DNA of 63,786 nucleotides, filler included, from Octopus bimaculoides (Eukaryota): NCBI RefSeq assembly GCF_001194135.2. It is 7 parts of 7 records of this genome, joined end to end, with 100 filler letters (N's around TTAATTAATTAA, not from the genome) between each part and the next. Parts side by side here need not be neighbours in the genome. Positions count along the whole stretch, not along the records: positions 35,144 to 49,755 come from NC_068986.1; positions 49,856 to 62,646 come from NC_068981.1; 5 more parts are not named here. One strand, 5' to 3'. Shown piece by piece: positions 39,200 to 50,284 of this stretch (position 1 is its first letter; each line of letters starts with the position of its first letter). The notes under the pieces were generated by a model. It saw only the letters and a program-made list of their open reading frames with translations, ran no database searches and was not told where the DNA came from. The position numbers and the translations under genes were made by a program.

Positions 39200-40760
39200 T
39201 TTAAGGCAAACGTATGACCAACACAGGAATACGGTTCACAAATGTGTGACAGTTTAACTGGTTATAGTATTATTGTGGGGCCTGGAAGGTGGAGACTCAC
39301 AAGTTGGTTGGGAGTATCTACAAGTGGAATGAACCCATCCAACTCCAAGGAGCAGAACTTTAGAGAAAGCAGAAGGAGTAGCCAGCACATCTGTAGATCA
39401 GAGACAAGTATGTGGGTAAAACACTTCATCCAGTCAATCGAGTGCTTTTCTAGTGGTATCTGGGTAAATGTAGCCAAGACAGTAGAGATGGGAGCAGTAT
39501 TCCAATGTGGGTGTTATGAGAGCTTTGTAGAAGGTTAGTGTATGATGGGGTCTTGAGTATATTTTGTCAAGAAGAAAAAGGCCTGGCTTTTTAATGCAGT
39601 CTTTCATTTGTTTGTAATATGTATCTGTCGAGAGACCAACAGTGATGTTGAAGATTTGAAACGATCAAGAAAATTCTATTTGTGTGATGTTCATTGGGGG
39701 GGGGGGGCGTAAGTAGGAGTGGTGAGTCGCTATGTTTTGGTATATGAATTCTTTTTGCTGTTAAAAAGACAAGATTGACATGATATAAGATATTTCTCAG
39801 GTTTCTGTCCAAGAAGTGATTGCAGAGTCCGTGTGTAATACCAGGCTAACATGTGGATGATGCTTGAGTACAGAAGTTTTGAGAGAAATGAAGGACATAT
39901 CGCTGAAGTTGATGGCAAGAAGAGTGTAAATGACAAAACTGAGCCGTTGGTCTTACAAAACCAAGAGAGGAGAAATGAATTGAATCCATAGATGAACAAT
40001 TTGTAGTAAAACTTCCTACCTTGGACTCAGTCTGCCAGATATCAACAGAAGCTTTGCTCATGTCAGAACTTTTTGAGAGCAAGAACTGCCACAGCAATTA
40101 CTAAGCTAACTTGATGTGCTATAGGTCCTGAGAAGTGGGGGACGGTGTGCATATATGACTGTATGGTAGATAGTTGTGGTGAGGTAGTTGTTGGAAAACC
40201 CAGTAGTTGCACAGGGTTATGATCTGTTGGAAGCTAAATTTAGAGGTGACAAAAAAATCGAGGACGTTTGCAGTTCGTGTGTCAGTCAAAGATGTATTTA
40301 GATGATGAAACCATTAATGTGGAATTAAAGATTGTGAGATTTGATTTCTGTACCGACAGCGACTGTATGGGAGGAATTGTAAGCATTGAACTTAATAAGG
40401 GTGATGATTTTTGGGTGAAGTGAGATAGATGTATTGATGCTGGAAGAGATATGATTGAAGAGTCGTTGGTAATTCAAGGAGTTTTGAAAGTGACAGAGGA
40501 CGCAAGTGTATTTAGATAAATATGTATGGATGTAAGCGTTAAGTGTCTAAGCGAGATATTTGAGTCTAAGATCGTGCGGACACCATCTTTCGTGGTGGTA
40601 TCTGAGTAAATATTGTAGCATGGACTATAGCGTTAAGAAATTTGTGTTGATAGTAATGTTATGAGTAGTCTGCGTGTCTGTAAGAGGTGTTGATGTGGTC
40701 TTAGTTCAATAGGAGTATACAGCTATGGAGTTCAGAAAGGATAATTGTCGTGATTACATC
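39200..40760 (-). mobile_element. Degenerate APE-type LINE (CR1/L2/Jockey group)
   Basis: Minus strand: ITLIKFNAYNSS (GDFNAHN-like endonuclease motif), NGSVLSFTLFL (RT), FYKALITPTLEYCSHL and CSLELDGFIP (post-RT); frameshifts and deletions. Confidence 0.7.
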
Positions 40761-42735
40761 TCTGAAGCCTAAAACGAATTCCGCTGAAGGTACTTATGAG
40801 TCAGGAGGTGGTGTGTTGTATCCAGAAAGGAAAAGGAGCCCTCTGCGCCATGTATAACTGACTAAATGAAACAAATGATGGCCCAGGATCAAATAAGTAT
40901 CGGTAGCTTTAGCTATTAATATATAGAAATGTTGCTCCACATAAAAGTACGAGAGTATGTGTATATATGTGTGTGCATGTAAATTATATTTAACTCGTTC
41001 ATACATACATAGACGTAGAAACACTTTTGCAGCAGAAACTGTCACGAGAAAAACATTCTCCAAATAGACAATGTGAAACTCATCCAGCGTACTGAAGATT
41101 CTGCCAGCTTGCTGCGCCGCCCTACACACGCACACATACATGCCATTACGCTCTGAGTTCAAATTCCGCCAAGGCCAACTTTGCCTTTCATCCCTTCGGG
41201 GTCGATTAAATAAGAACCAGTTACACACTGAGGTCTATGTAATCGACTTCATCCCTTTCTCTGTCCTTGTTTGTCCTCTCTGTTTAACCCCCTGTGGGCA
41301 ATAAAGAAATATATATATAAACTGGGTCAGGATTATGGACTTTTCTGTTTGTCTCACGTCTGTTTTTACATTCAATATACGTTATGTCGTTTGTTTATGT
41401 ATTCTTTTGTTTATCAAGCAATGGAACGCAACACAACCGAATTTGTATTAACAAGTAAGTTTTTTTATAAACCCGTGTGACTCTTACACTTTCTCTCTTG
41501 CCTTCATTCTTTCCCTCTTTCTTTCTCTCACCCTGCCACTTCTATTCTAGCCTTCCTACTTACTCCTTCTCTCTCTCTGCCTCTTGTACTCCTAGCCTTT
41601 CTTCCTCTTATATTCTTACTTTTTCTCCCTCATGTATTCCTAGCCTTTCACCTTCCCTTTCATCCACTCCTCCTTTTTTCTCTGTCGCTTCCTCTCTCTG
41701 CCTGCTGCTGCCACATGATTGGCCAATTCCTGCTTTTCTTTCTTTCTTAGACTTGTTCTTGAGCTGGCCAGTCCCAAATTGGATCTTGTTCAAAACGGGG
41801 GCACCAGTATTTTCTTAACGAAACACTTTGAAACTTGGGACACTGGTAGAATGTGTCATATAAAACATCTTTTACTCTTAGTCTTCTTAACAAAAAAACC
41901 TACATCGCAAGTTATTTCATGTTAAAGTTGTCGTATTTCTGTAATTTCAACCAATGACTGACGTCTATTCAGCTGAATAGAGTTACTGCCTGCCGATCAT
42001 AAAAATGTTATTCCCTGTGACATATTTCATCCGGTTTAATCGTAATTTATACGCATATTGTTTATATAATAAATAATGCTGTGCGTATCTATGTGTGTAA
42101 CAATTTTAGAGTACGGATTCTAGAGTTAGGGTTAGGGTTCTCACTTCTATTCTAGCCTTTCTACTTACTCTCTTTCTCTCTCCTCTTTCTATTCCTAGAC
42201 TTTCTCACTCTTGTTTTCCTAGCCTTTCTCCTTTCCCTTCATCCTCTTCCCGCTTCTTTTTTCTGTCGCTCCTTCTCTACCTGCTGTTGTTAGGTGACCA
42301 GCGGCCGATTCCTTTTTTTCCCCTTCCTTTCTTAGACTAGTCCCTTAGTTGATCACTCACAAATTCTTTCTCTGTTCTCCATCGTTCAAAACATTTTCTA
42401 ACCCTAACCCTAACCCATACCCACTATTCCCGTTTCATTGGCTCGGAGGCTGTATTTTGTTCAACTGTTTGTCCTCGTCCGCCGTCCTAAATCACAGTAT
42501 CATTTTGCTTGTTTTGTTTCGTTTTCTTTGCTCTTGTCCATAATTCCGCGCAAGAAAACCTTCTTTTTTGCAGGCACTGCCAATTGGGAAGCATTCAGTC
42601 TTATCGTTAAAGGTGCGAAACTGAAAAGTACCATTGGTCGATAACCGATGAAGGGTTATGGCCTTTCTGTTTGTCTCATGTTTGTTTTTACATTCAATAC
42701 ACGTTATGTCGTTTTTTAAATATTTTTTTTCATTT

Positions 42736-43125
42736 GGCTGTGTGGTAACTAGCTTGCTTACCAACCACATGGTTCCGGTTTTAGTTCCACTGCGTGGCAC
42801 CTTGGGCAAGTGTCTTCTACTATAGCCTCGGGCCGACTAAAACTTTGTGAGTGGATTTGATAGACGGAAACTGAAAGAAGCCCGTCGTATATATATATAT
42901 ATATATGTGTGTGTGTATATGTTTGTGTGTCTGTGTTTGTCCCCCCAACATCGCTTGAGAACCGATGCTGGTGTGTTTACGTACCCGTAATATAGTGGTT
43001 CGACAAAAGATACTAATGGAATAAGTACTAGGCTTACAAAGAATAAGTCCTGGGGTCGATGTGCTCGACTAAAAGCGGTGCTCCAGCATGGCCACAGTCA
43101 AATGACTGAAACAAGTAAAAGAGTA
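42736..43125 (+). mobile_element. SINE family A, near-complete
   Basis: tRNA-like head (tggctgtgtggtaa..ggttccggttttagttcc), internal (AT)n(GT)n, tail acaagtaaaagagta. Confidence 0.9.
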
Positions 43126-43345
43126 TAGAAATATTGTTCTTCAACACGGTGACTGAACCCCCCNNNNNNNNNNNNNNNNNNNNNNNNNNNNNNNNNNNNN
43201 NNNNNCCACAAAAAATCATAAAGCAAAACCAAACAAAGAACCCACATATACCGGACTCATTTTGTAAATAGTATTTTATGGTTGAGTGGTTTTTGTTAAA
43301 GTGTTTTGAGTCTTCTTTTGATCACGAATGAAAGATTTTCGGGCT

Positions 43346-43709
43346 TACTCTTTTACTTGTTTCAGTCATTTGACTGCGGCCATGCTGGAGTACCGCCTTT
43401 AATCGAGCAAATCGACCCCAGGACTTATTCTTTGTAAGCCTAGTACTTATTCTATCGGTCTCTTTTTGCCGAACCGCTAAGTTACGGGGGACGTAAACAC
43501 ACCAGCATCGGTTGTCAAGCGATGGTGGGGAGACAAACACAGACACACATACACATACATATATACGACGGGCTTCTTTCAGTTTCCGTCTACCAAATCC
43601 ACTCAAGGCTTTGGTCGGCCCGAGGCTATAGTAGAAGACACTTGCCGAAGGTGCCACGTAGTTGGACTGAACCCGGAACCATGTGGTTGGTAAGCAAGTT
43701 ACTTACCAC
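43346..43709 (-). mobile_element. SINE family A, near-complete, inverted relative to 42736-43125
   Basis: Reverse-complement match along its full length. Confidence 0.9.
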
Positions 43710-44699
43710 GATGGAATTTATTGTGGCTTATTGAATTAGTATGTTGCTGTATGAATTTTGTTTATGTCATTGAAGAATCCGAGAATGTATTTTTAGAATT
43801 ATATATCTTTAGGTGAATTTTCTTGTGTGTGTGTTTTGATAAAGGTTCAGATTTAAGTTCATATAAAATCAACTATTTAATTAATTGGATTAAACTATAA
43901 TTCTGTCAGAGACATTCATCTTCGTCGTTCCATATCTTTTGGACATGACACAAAATCTTTCTGTATCAAGTTAGCCTCGTATTGTTGGCCGTCTTTAATT
44001 TTAGTCTCTTCGAATCCCAACAAAATGTTCCTTCTTATCAATTCCGGCTATAGTTAGTACAACCATTCGTAACTAGTACCAGTAATTCTACATTGGTAGT
44101 CGGTCGGTTTAGTTTGCATTGGTAAAATAGCATTCTTTCATGAGTAAACAATTTGACTGGGTTAAAAAAAAAAAAAAGTACACCCATCTAATTTTGTCAA
44201 TTTTCTGCTACGTCCGAGGATCGGGTTATATGATGAAGGGATTACAATGAGCGCCAAAAACAAGGTTTGTGGTAATCGTATGAAGACAGACGATCAACAC
44301 AGTAATATGTATGTGTACATGTCTCTGCATGTGAAGGTTTCGGAAAAAGTGATAGAGAAATAGGGTAGAGTATGAGAATTAGTGAAGATGACAGCGGTTG
44401 GAGATATACTACAAATGTCGTAATGCATTACGAATAGTATAACAAATGACATTGCTATGTTGATGAATTGAATGCTCTAAGTATGTTTGTGCGTCATGTG
44501 TGCATGATAAAATCACGCAATTGTGTATGATGGTTGAGTGTATTTGATATTCTTTAGTGTTATTAATAAGAAAGGAAATGATTGATTTGATAGGTACAAC
44601 TAATAGCTTGTTCTGTAAGATTTCAACACGACTGTTCAACAATATTTATGCAATAGCTTAAGTAATGTTGTGAAGTAGGAGAACTTAGAGTAGGTATCC

Positions 44700-45425
44700 T
44701 TCGGTGTCTTGCTTTAGAACATTCATGGGCAACCCGCGGGACTTTCTTCATGGCGCGCTTGACGAAAAATTACCTCGAATTTTTTAGTAGTGCTGTCTGC
44801 TCGATGATGAACCAAATCTCATACGGCACGCTCGTACAGCAGAGGCTTAATATCAATCCAAAATGCCTTTGAATGTCGTATTATATCCCTTCGGCAACAT
44901 CTTTTAACCACCAAGTTTCAAAGTGCATACCTTGACCAAGTTTGCATACATGAGGCTGATAACATCATAAGACTTTGAAGGCACCTCCTTGAGCAGCATT
45001 CCTTGTCGGATAACCTTAAATACATGTCCAAAGAGGTCACACAACTCTACTGCAATGTATCATCAGATGAAAGGATGAGCATACATGTGCAGAAGACTAT
45101 GCATGGATATGTTAGAAGAAAGCTCCGAGATGATAGTGACATTGATCATCAAAGCAGTCTATTATGGACCAATAGCCAGATTACCACCTCCCACTTTGAA
45201 GGGTATGCGTTTGCAATCCAGGAACAGGAAATATCAATCAAATACCTGATGTACAAAAGGAATAGAAATGGAAGAAAAGCAGTAAAATGTGACAATCGAT
45301 GCAAACTTTGTTGAGTTAACACCGAAGATATCATTCGCATCATAAGCAGTTGTCCGAAAATTTCATCACGATATTATCTATCGATGAGACATGATGTTGT
45401 AGCCAGGGCACTTTATAATGAAATC
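44700..45425 (+). mobile_element. R4/Dong-type LINE internal fragment (post-RT region to zinc knuckle)
   Basis: RGLISIQNAFECRI..MHGYVRRKL..SHFEGYAFAIQEQEISIKYL..CDNRCKLC..IISSCPK..RHDVVA. Confidence 0.8.
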
Positions 45426-45963
45426 TATCCATCCATCCATCCGTCCGTCTGTCTGCCTATATAGGGAGAATTCACAAAAAAAAAAAAGACAGAAGACGAA
45501 GACAGAATAAGAGATAAGGCGAGAAGAAAGCAGTTTTAAAAGATTGAAAGTTAAAAACACCGGAAAAAGCAAAAAAATAAATGGAAAAGAATTAGGTTCA
45601 TATCCGTTCAGCCTCATAACTTTATGGCATAACACTGAGTGGATAGGGGCCTAGAGTCAGCAGCACAGCTTTTCATTCGGAATCGGTGGTATTTTCCAAT
45701 TCACCACGAGAAACAGATCCATATATTTACACCCGTTAAAAGATTCAGATCTAAAATCCAGCCGTACCTTTTTTTTTCATCCGTTGACATGGTGTGGACT
45801 TTTCATCTATTTCCCACTTGATTATATATGATGTAGCGTTAGGTTTCAAACCCCATACTTGGCTAGCCAACTTAGTGCTTTACTCATGTCACTCTATAAA
45901 TATATATATATATATATGGATAATAATGAATGGAGCAAAACGCATGTCAATAAAAGTTCCTTT

Positions 45964-46054
45964 AATTCCTACACATGTTTCGAAATAAATGAGAGCCCTT
46001 TCACAAAGAAGAAAGAGCTGTTGGGGTTCCTCATTTATTACTCTTCAGGGAGTT
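45964..46054 (-). ncRNA. Type I hammerhead ribozyme with intact core
   Basis: AACTCC-CTGAAGA-G-stem II with a 10-bp perfect arm-C-GAAA-C(ATGT)G-TA^GGAATT; all conserved core positions present. Confidence 0.75.
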
Positions 46055-46567
46055 CATAATAAAACATGTAATAGCAAGACAAAAGCGAAATAATGGGGTA
46101 ACTTACGAGCAGAGATGTTACATGGTCAGTGACCGTTAGAAGGCTGTGATATCTTGTTTTTTAGTGTAATTTTGCTACCTCTGGTAACTATTAACGTATT
46201 TAAATTATCGAAAGTTTTAATAACTGAGATAATATTAATATANNNNNNNNNNNNNNNNNNNNNNNNNNNNNNNNNNNNNNNNNNNNNNNNNNNNNNNNNN
46301 NNNNNNNNNNNNNNNNNNNNNNNNNNNNNNNNNNNNNNNNNNNNNNNNNNNNNNNNNNNNNNNNNNNNNNNNNNNNNNNNNNNNNNNNNNNNNNNNNNNN
46401 NNNNNNNNNNNNNNNNNNNNNNNNNNNNNNNNNNNNNNNNNNNNNNNNNNNNNNNNNNNNNNNNNNNNNNNNNNNNNNNNNNNNNNNNNNNNNNNNNNNN
46501 NNNNNNNNNNNNNNNNNNNNNNNNNNNNNNNNNNNNNNNNNNNNNNNNNNNNNNNNNNNNNNNNNNN

Positions 46568-46658
46568 AGGGCTATTTCCCTTCGTCATGGCCGGTATGAC
46601 AGACTTTAACAGACTGTTAAAGTCTGTCATACCGGCCATGACGAAGGGAAATAGCCCT
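46568..46658. repeat. Perfect 91-bp palindrome (45-bp arms, 1-nt centre) abutting a gap
   Basis: Arms checked base by base; centre at 46613. Confidence 0.9.
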
Positions 46659-46674
46659 GAAACTCGAGTCGCCT
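46634..46674 (+). ncRNA. Minimal hammerhead-like motif with a C3A variant
   Basis: GGCC-ATGACGA-AGGG(AAATAG)CCCT-GAAA-C(TCGA)G-TC^GCCT. Confidence 0.55.
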
Positions 46675-46907
46675 TTATATATTTATATTTATATATTTGA
46701 TCCTTTATATTGAACACTCAATATTTCATCTACATTCAATACTTTCTTTCATGGTGCCATCCATTTTTATTTTATTTTATTTTATATTGTATATTGTATA
46801 TCATATTATATATTGTATATTCCATATTCTATACCCCACATTAGTTCTTCAGGAATATAAATAAAACATAAAAAACAGACAGTGTTGGAACTCTTTTAAG
46901 CAAAATA

Positions 46908-46939
<32 letters not shown>

Positions 46940-47445
46940 TCTCACACACATATATATTGATACGTATATGAGTATAACTCTGTGTGTATATTTATCGCTC
47001 TCTCTCTCTCTCTGTTGTATATAAATATGCGCGTGTGCGTGTACTTAGAAATGAATACAATTCTCAATGTGAAGTTTGAATTGTCTCAAGGCGATACCAA
47101 ATATTTTAGATTTCACAATGTTATTTCATGACAACTCATAGTTCAACAGTCTTCAGATGAATTTTCCGTTTTGCTTTTGAAATATAATAACCAATTTGTG
47201 GAACAGTAATATGACCAATTTGTGATTGAGGTTACTCAACTAAACAGTGTTATAATCTCCAATTTAACAAAGTAAAAATTCACTGCCTTTCCTAGTAATA
47301 TAGTAATGCAACAGAAGAGATACAAAGTGCAGGCATAATATGATTCCAATATGGAACTATCCACCACAAAAATACACACAGTGAAATAGTTGAACACTCC
47401 CAAGTGCCATTGTAACAACAACAAATTGATAAATCATTTTATATA

Positions 47446-47451
47446 TTTATT
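47446..47451 (-). terminator. Candidate polyadenylation signal of the protease gene
   Basis: AATAAA on the minus strand about 75 nt after the stop. Confidence 0.45.
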
Positions 47452-47523
47452 GCATTCTCGATACATAGAGGAGGTTGTTCTGCTGAAGTTTCTTCAAAAC
47501 AGACATCTTCATCGAAGTACTTC

Positions 47524-47673
47524 TTACAGGTTCTTGTCGATCCAGTCTCGGAAATATCCAACATCGGTGAAAGCACTGACCTCGCCGTTACATTTGCTTC
47601 CGAAAGATGTTACGCCTGCCAGGACCGTTTGATAATATCTGTTTCGACAATAGAGTGGACCGCCAGAATCACC
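47524..47673 (-). CDS. S1 serine protease, last exon (catalytic Ser)
   Basis: tttgcAG acceptor, phase 0; GDSGGPLYC..AGVTSFGSKC..AFTDVGYFRDWIDKNL*. Confidence 0.93.
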   Translation of the reverse strand, partial: GDSGGPLYCRNRYYQTVLAGVTSFGSKCNGEVSAFTDVGYFRDWIDKNL

Positions 47674-48838
47674 CTGCAAAGATACAAACGACATACTTAT
47701 AAAATTACTGAAATTAATAGATACTAGCGGAACCCGTGAATATTTCACGGAATTAATGGTAAACCAATTGGGTTATTGCCGAAAACTTTATCCAAAATAC
47801 CTGAGAGCTTAGCCTGTGTTGTACTTGTATGGAAAAATAATCGCTCATCTGCTACTCATTGAAAAGTGAAAGAAATTGGAATACGATGATTAATTTATAC
47901 ACTTAATATATACACTCTATATACTTTATGTACAATTTTATAGGCTTAATACACAGTACTCATAAAATAAATATTCACTCTTATTTTCCCATTTTCTCCA
48001 AAAAAAATCCTGTACAAATTGCATAAATCTTCCATGTAAATAAGGTTGAATATTTCATGGAATTGCACTTGTGCGTATGCGTTGAGTAATAGGTGATATA
48101 AAAATTTAGTTCAATTTTAAAAAAAAAGCACTTTTCACTATTCAGTCACCACCACCACCACCACCATTTCTCCCCCGCCTCTCTGTCTGTCTCTCTCTCT
48201 CTGACTTTAACTTCACCATCAGAACATCACTCCGCTGCTAAAGTTATACTTTTAATTCTCTTCCTCTATCGTCAACTAACTTTTTTAACCACGTAATAAA
48301 TATTACGTTCCCTCTACCTTATGTCACGGACGCTTCTCTCGCCCTCTTTTTCTTTCTTTCTCTTTCTGCCTCACTCTTCACCTTATCTTCTTTTTCTCTC
48401 TCCTTTTTCTTTCTCTTCTGCTTCCCTTTAACTAAGCATTACAATTACACTCAGTCTACCTCACATCATGGACGTTTCTATTTCCCTCATTTTCTACCTC
48501 CTCCTTTTCGTTCTCTTCTTTTTCTCTAATCACGTGAAAGCGTAACTCTCGGAAGCAAGTTTGTAGTTTTCATAGATTATTTCAAAAACATTTGCTCAAT
48601 GCATTCAACAAGGAACCGTACTTATAAAGATGAAGTTTTCTTTTCACCTCTTGGTAGGTTTGTGGAGCCGATATCTTTGTTTTAATGCGCGTGCCCCCCC
48701 CCCCCACACACACATACATACACACACACACACTAATTTACGTTCCCACACGCATAGATTAATAATATACCCATTATTTAGACAGATGTGTCAGTTAAAG
48801 ACATTATTGTTATATGCTAAAATAGCAATATAATATAC

Positions 48839-48984
48839 CTGGCAAGTAGATGTTCCACCTGCATTGAAATCTCCGGCACAGAGAATTCCATCAGAAATTC
48901 TCATTTTAGACCTTCTTTTACATTCATCTGCGGGAATAGCTGGAAGTGTTACTTTATATAATTCGTCAGGGCTGCTTCCTTTAT
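48839..48984 (-). CDS. S1 serine protease, penultimate exon
   Basis: tttttcAG/GTatat, 146 nt, phases 1 and 0 fit both neighbours; LYKVTLP..EC..ILCAG..GGTSTCQ. Confidence 0.92.
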
Positions 48985-49079
48985 CTGAAAAAATCATAAA
49001 TTGATTGATGTTTAATATGTATCAACTATGATTACACTGAGATAAGAGAAACAATTGATGAAATTTTGTAAATACTTAC

Positions 49080-49214
49080 ATGCGAAATTTCCCCATCCAG
49101 CAGCGACACATCTTGAGGTACCAAAAGTTTCTCCTTTACTAGCTAGACGTGCAAATTTCACGCATCGGCTTTCTCGGATTCGGTTTTGCAAAGTCAAGAT
49201 TGCAATGTCGTTCT
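49080..49214 (-). CDS. S1 serine protease, exon with the catalytic Asp
   Basis: Branch-like ACTAAC, ttttccttttgaAG, GTaagt donor, 135 nt; NDIAILTL..CVAAGWG. Confidence 0.9.
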
Positions 49215-49392
49215 CTTCAAAAGGAAAACATGCGTATGATGGGTATACATATAAGTTAGTCATGCATGTATGTGTATATATACGTGTATAGATGAATGCA
49301 CACACACAGACACACACAAACACATATACATATAAATAAATAAATATATATATGTTTGTGTGTCTATGTCTATCTATCTATCTATCTGTCTG

Positions 49393-49427
<35 letters not shown>

Positions 49428-49645
49428 GTGTGTGCGCGCGCATATATATATATATATATATTGCAATGTTAATTCTCTAAATGAAGTATTAACAGTAACT
49501 GCACGATAAAGTGTAGTATATTGCCACTTAAGTGTGGCTGACCCCTAGGGGTGGATGTTACTGTTGCTTTTAGCCCCAGGAGGACATCTCCTCCAGCTGG
49601 CTTATCGACACACGACTGTGTCCTGTTTGCCAAGGGTAGTTATCC

Positions 49646-49734
49646 CTCTCACCAACATCTGCAGCACGAACGGATCCGGATTTCAGGGTTATTTCCCTTC
49701 GTCGGCGTCCGATAGCCGCTGACCTTGGTGAGAG
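49646..49734 (-). ncRNA. Type I hammerhead ribozyme fold with a U4C core change and extended stem I
   Basis: CGGACG-CCGACGA-AGGG(AAATAA)CCCT-GAAA-T(CCGG)A-TC^CGTTCG; distal 10-bp perfect stem 49646-49655/49725-49734. Confidence 0.65.
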
Positions 49735-49987
49735 AGACAAAAACCTGGCAATCTTNNNNNNNNNNNNNNNNNNNNNNNNNNNNNNNNNNNNNNNNNNNNT
49801 TAATTAATTAANNNNNNNNNNNNNNNNNNNNNNNNNNNNNNNNNNNNNNNNNNNNCAGGAGAAATAGGTCATAAGATAGACAAATAGATCTGTCTTATTT
49901 ACATGTGCAATGAAAATGTCATATTGTTACAAAAGTGGTGATGGTGGAAGAGGTGATATTAATGAAAGTGATATTAATGATATATAT

Positions 49988-50060
<73 letters not shown>

Positions 50061-50077
50061 CAGACAGAAAGACAGAC

Positions 50078-50135
<58 letters not shown>

Positions 50136-50284
50136 AAAAGTGAGTTTGGCGGTACATATTATCCGGGCGGATACTGTATTAGCTCTCAGGTAAGTTCCAG
50201 TTAACGGTTAACATCAACGATCAGTATCTCACGTCTGTGTCTGCATTTTGTTGTTTGTCACTCATGAATTCCGAACAAGATCAA

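Noticed and set aside
49215-49260. In-frame YVYPSYACFPFEE upstream of NDIA, resembling protease HPxY
   Set aside because: No upstream AG before the microsatellite; branch point, pyrimidine tract and phase all fit an acceptor at 49215
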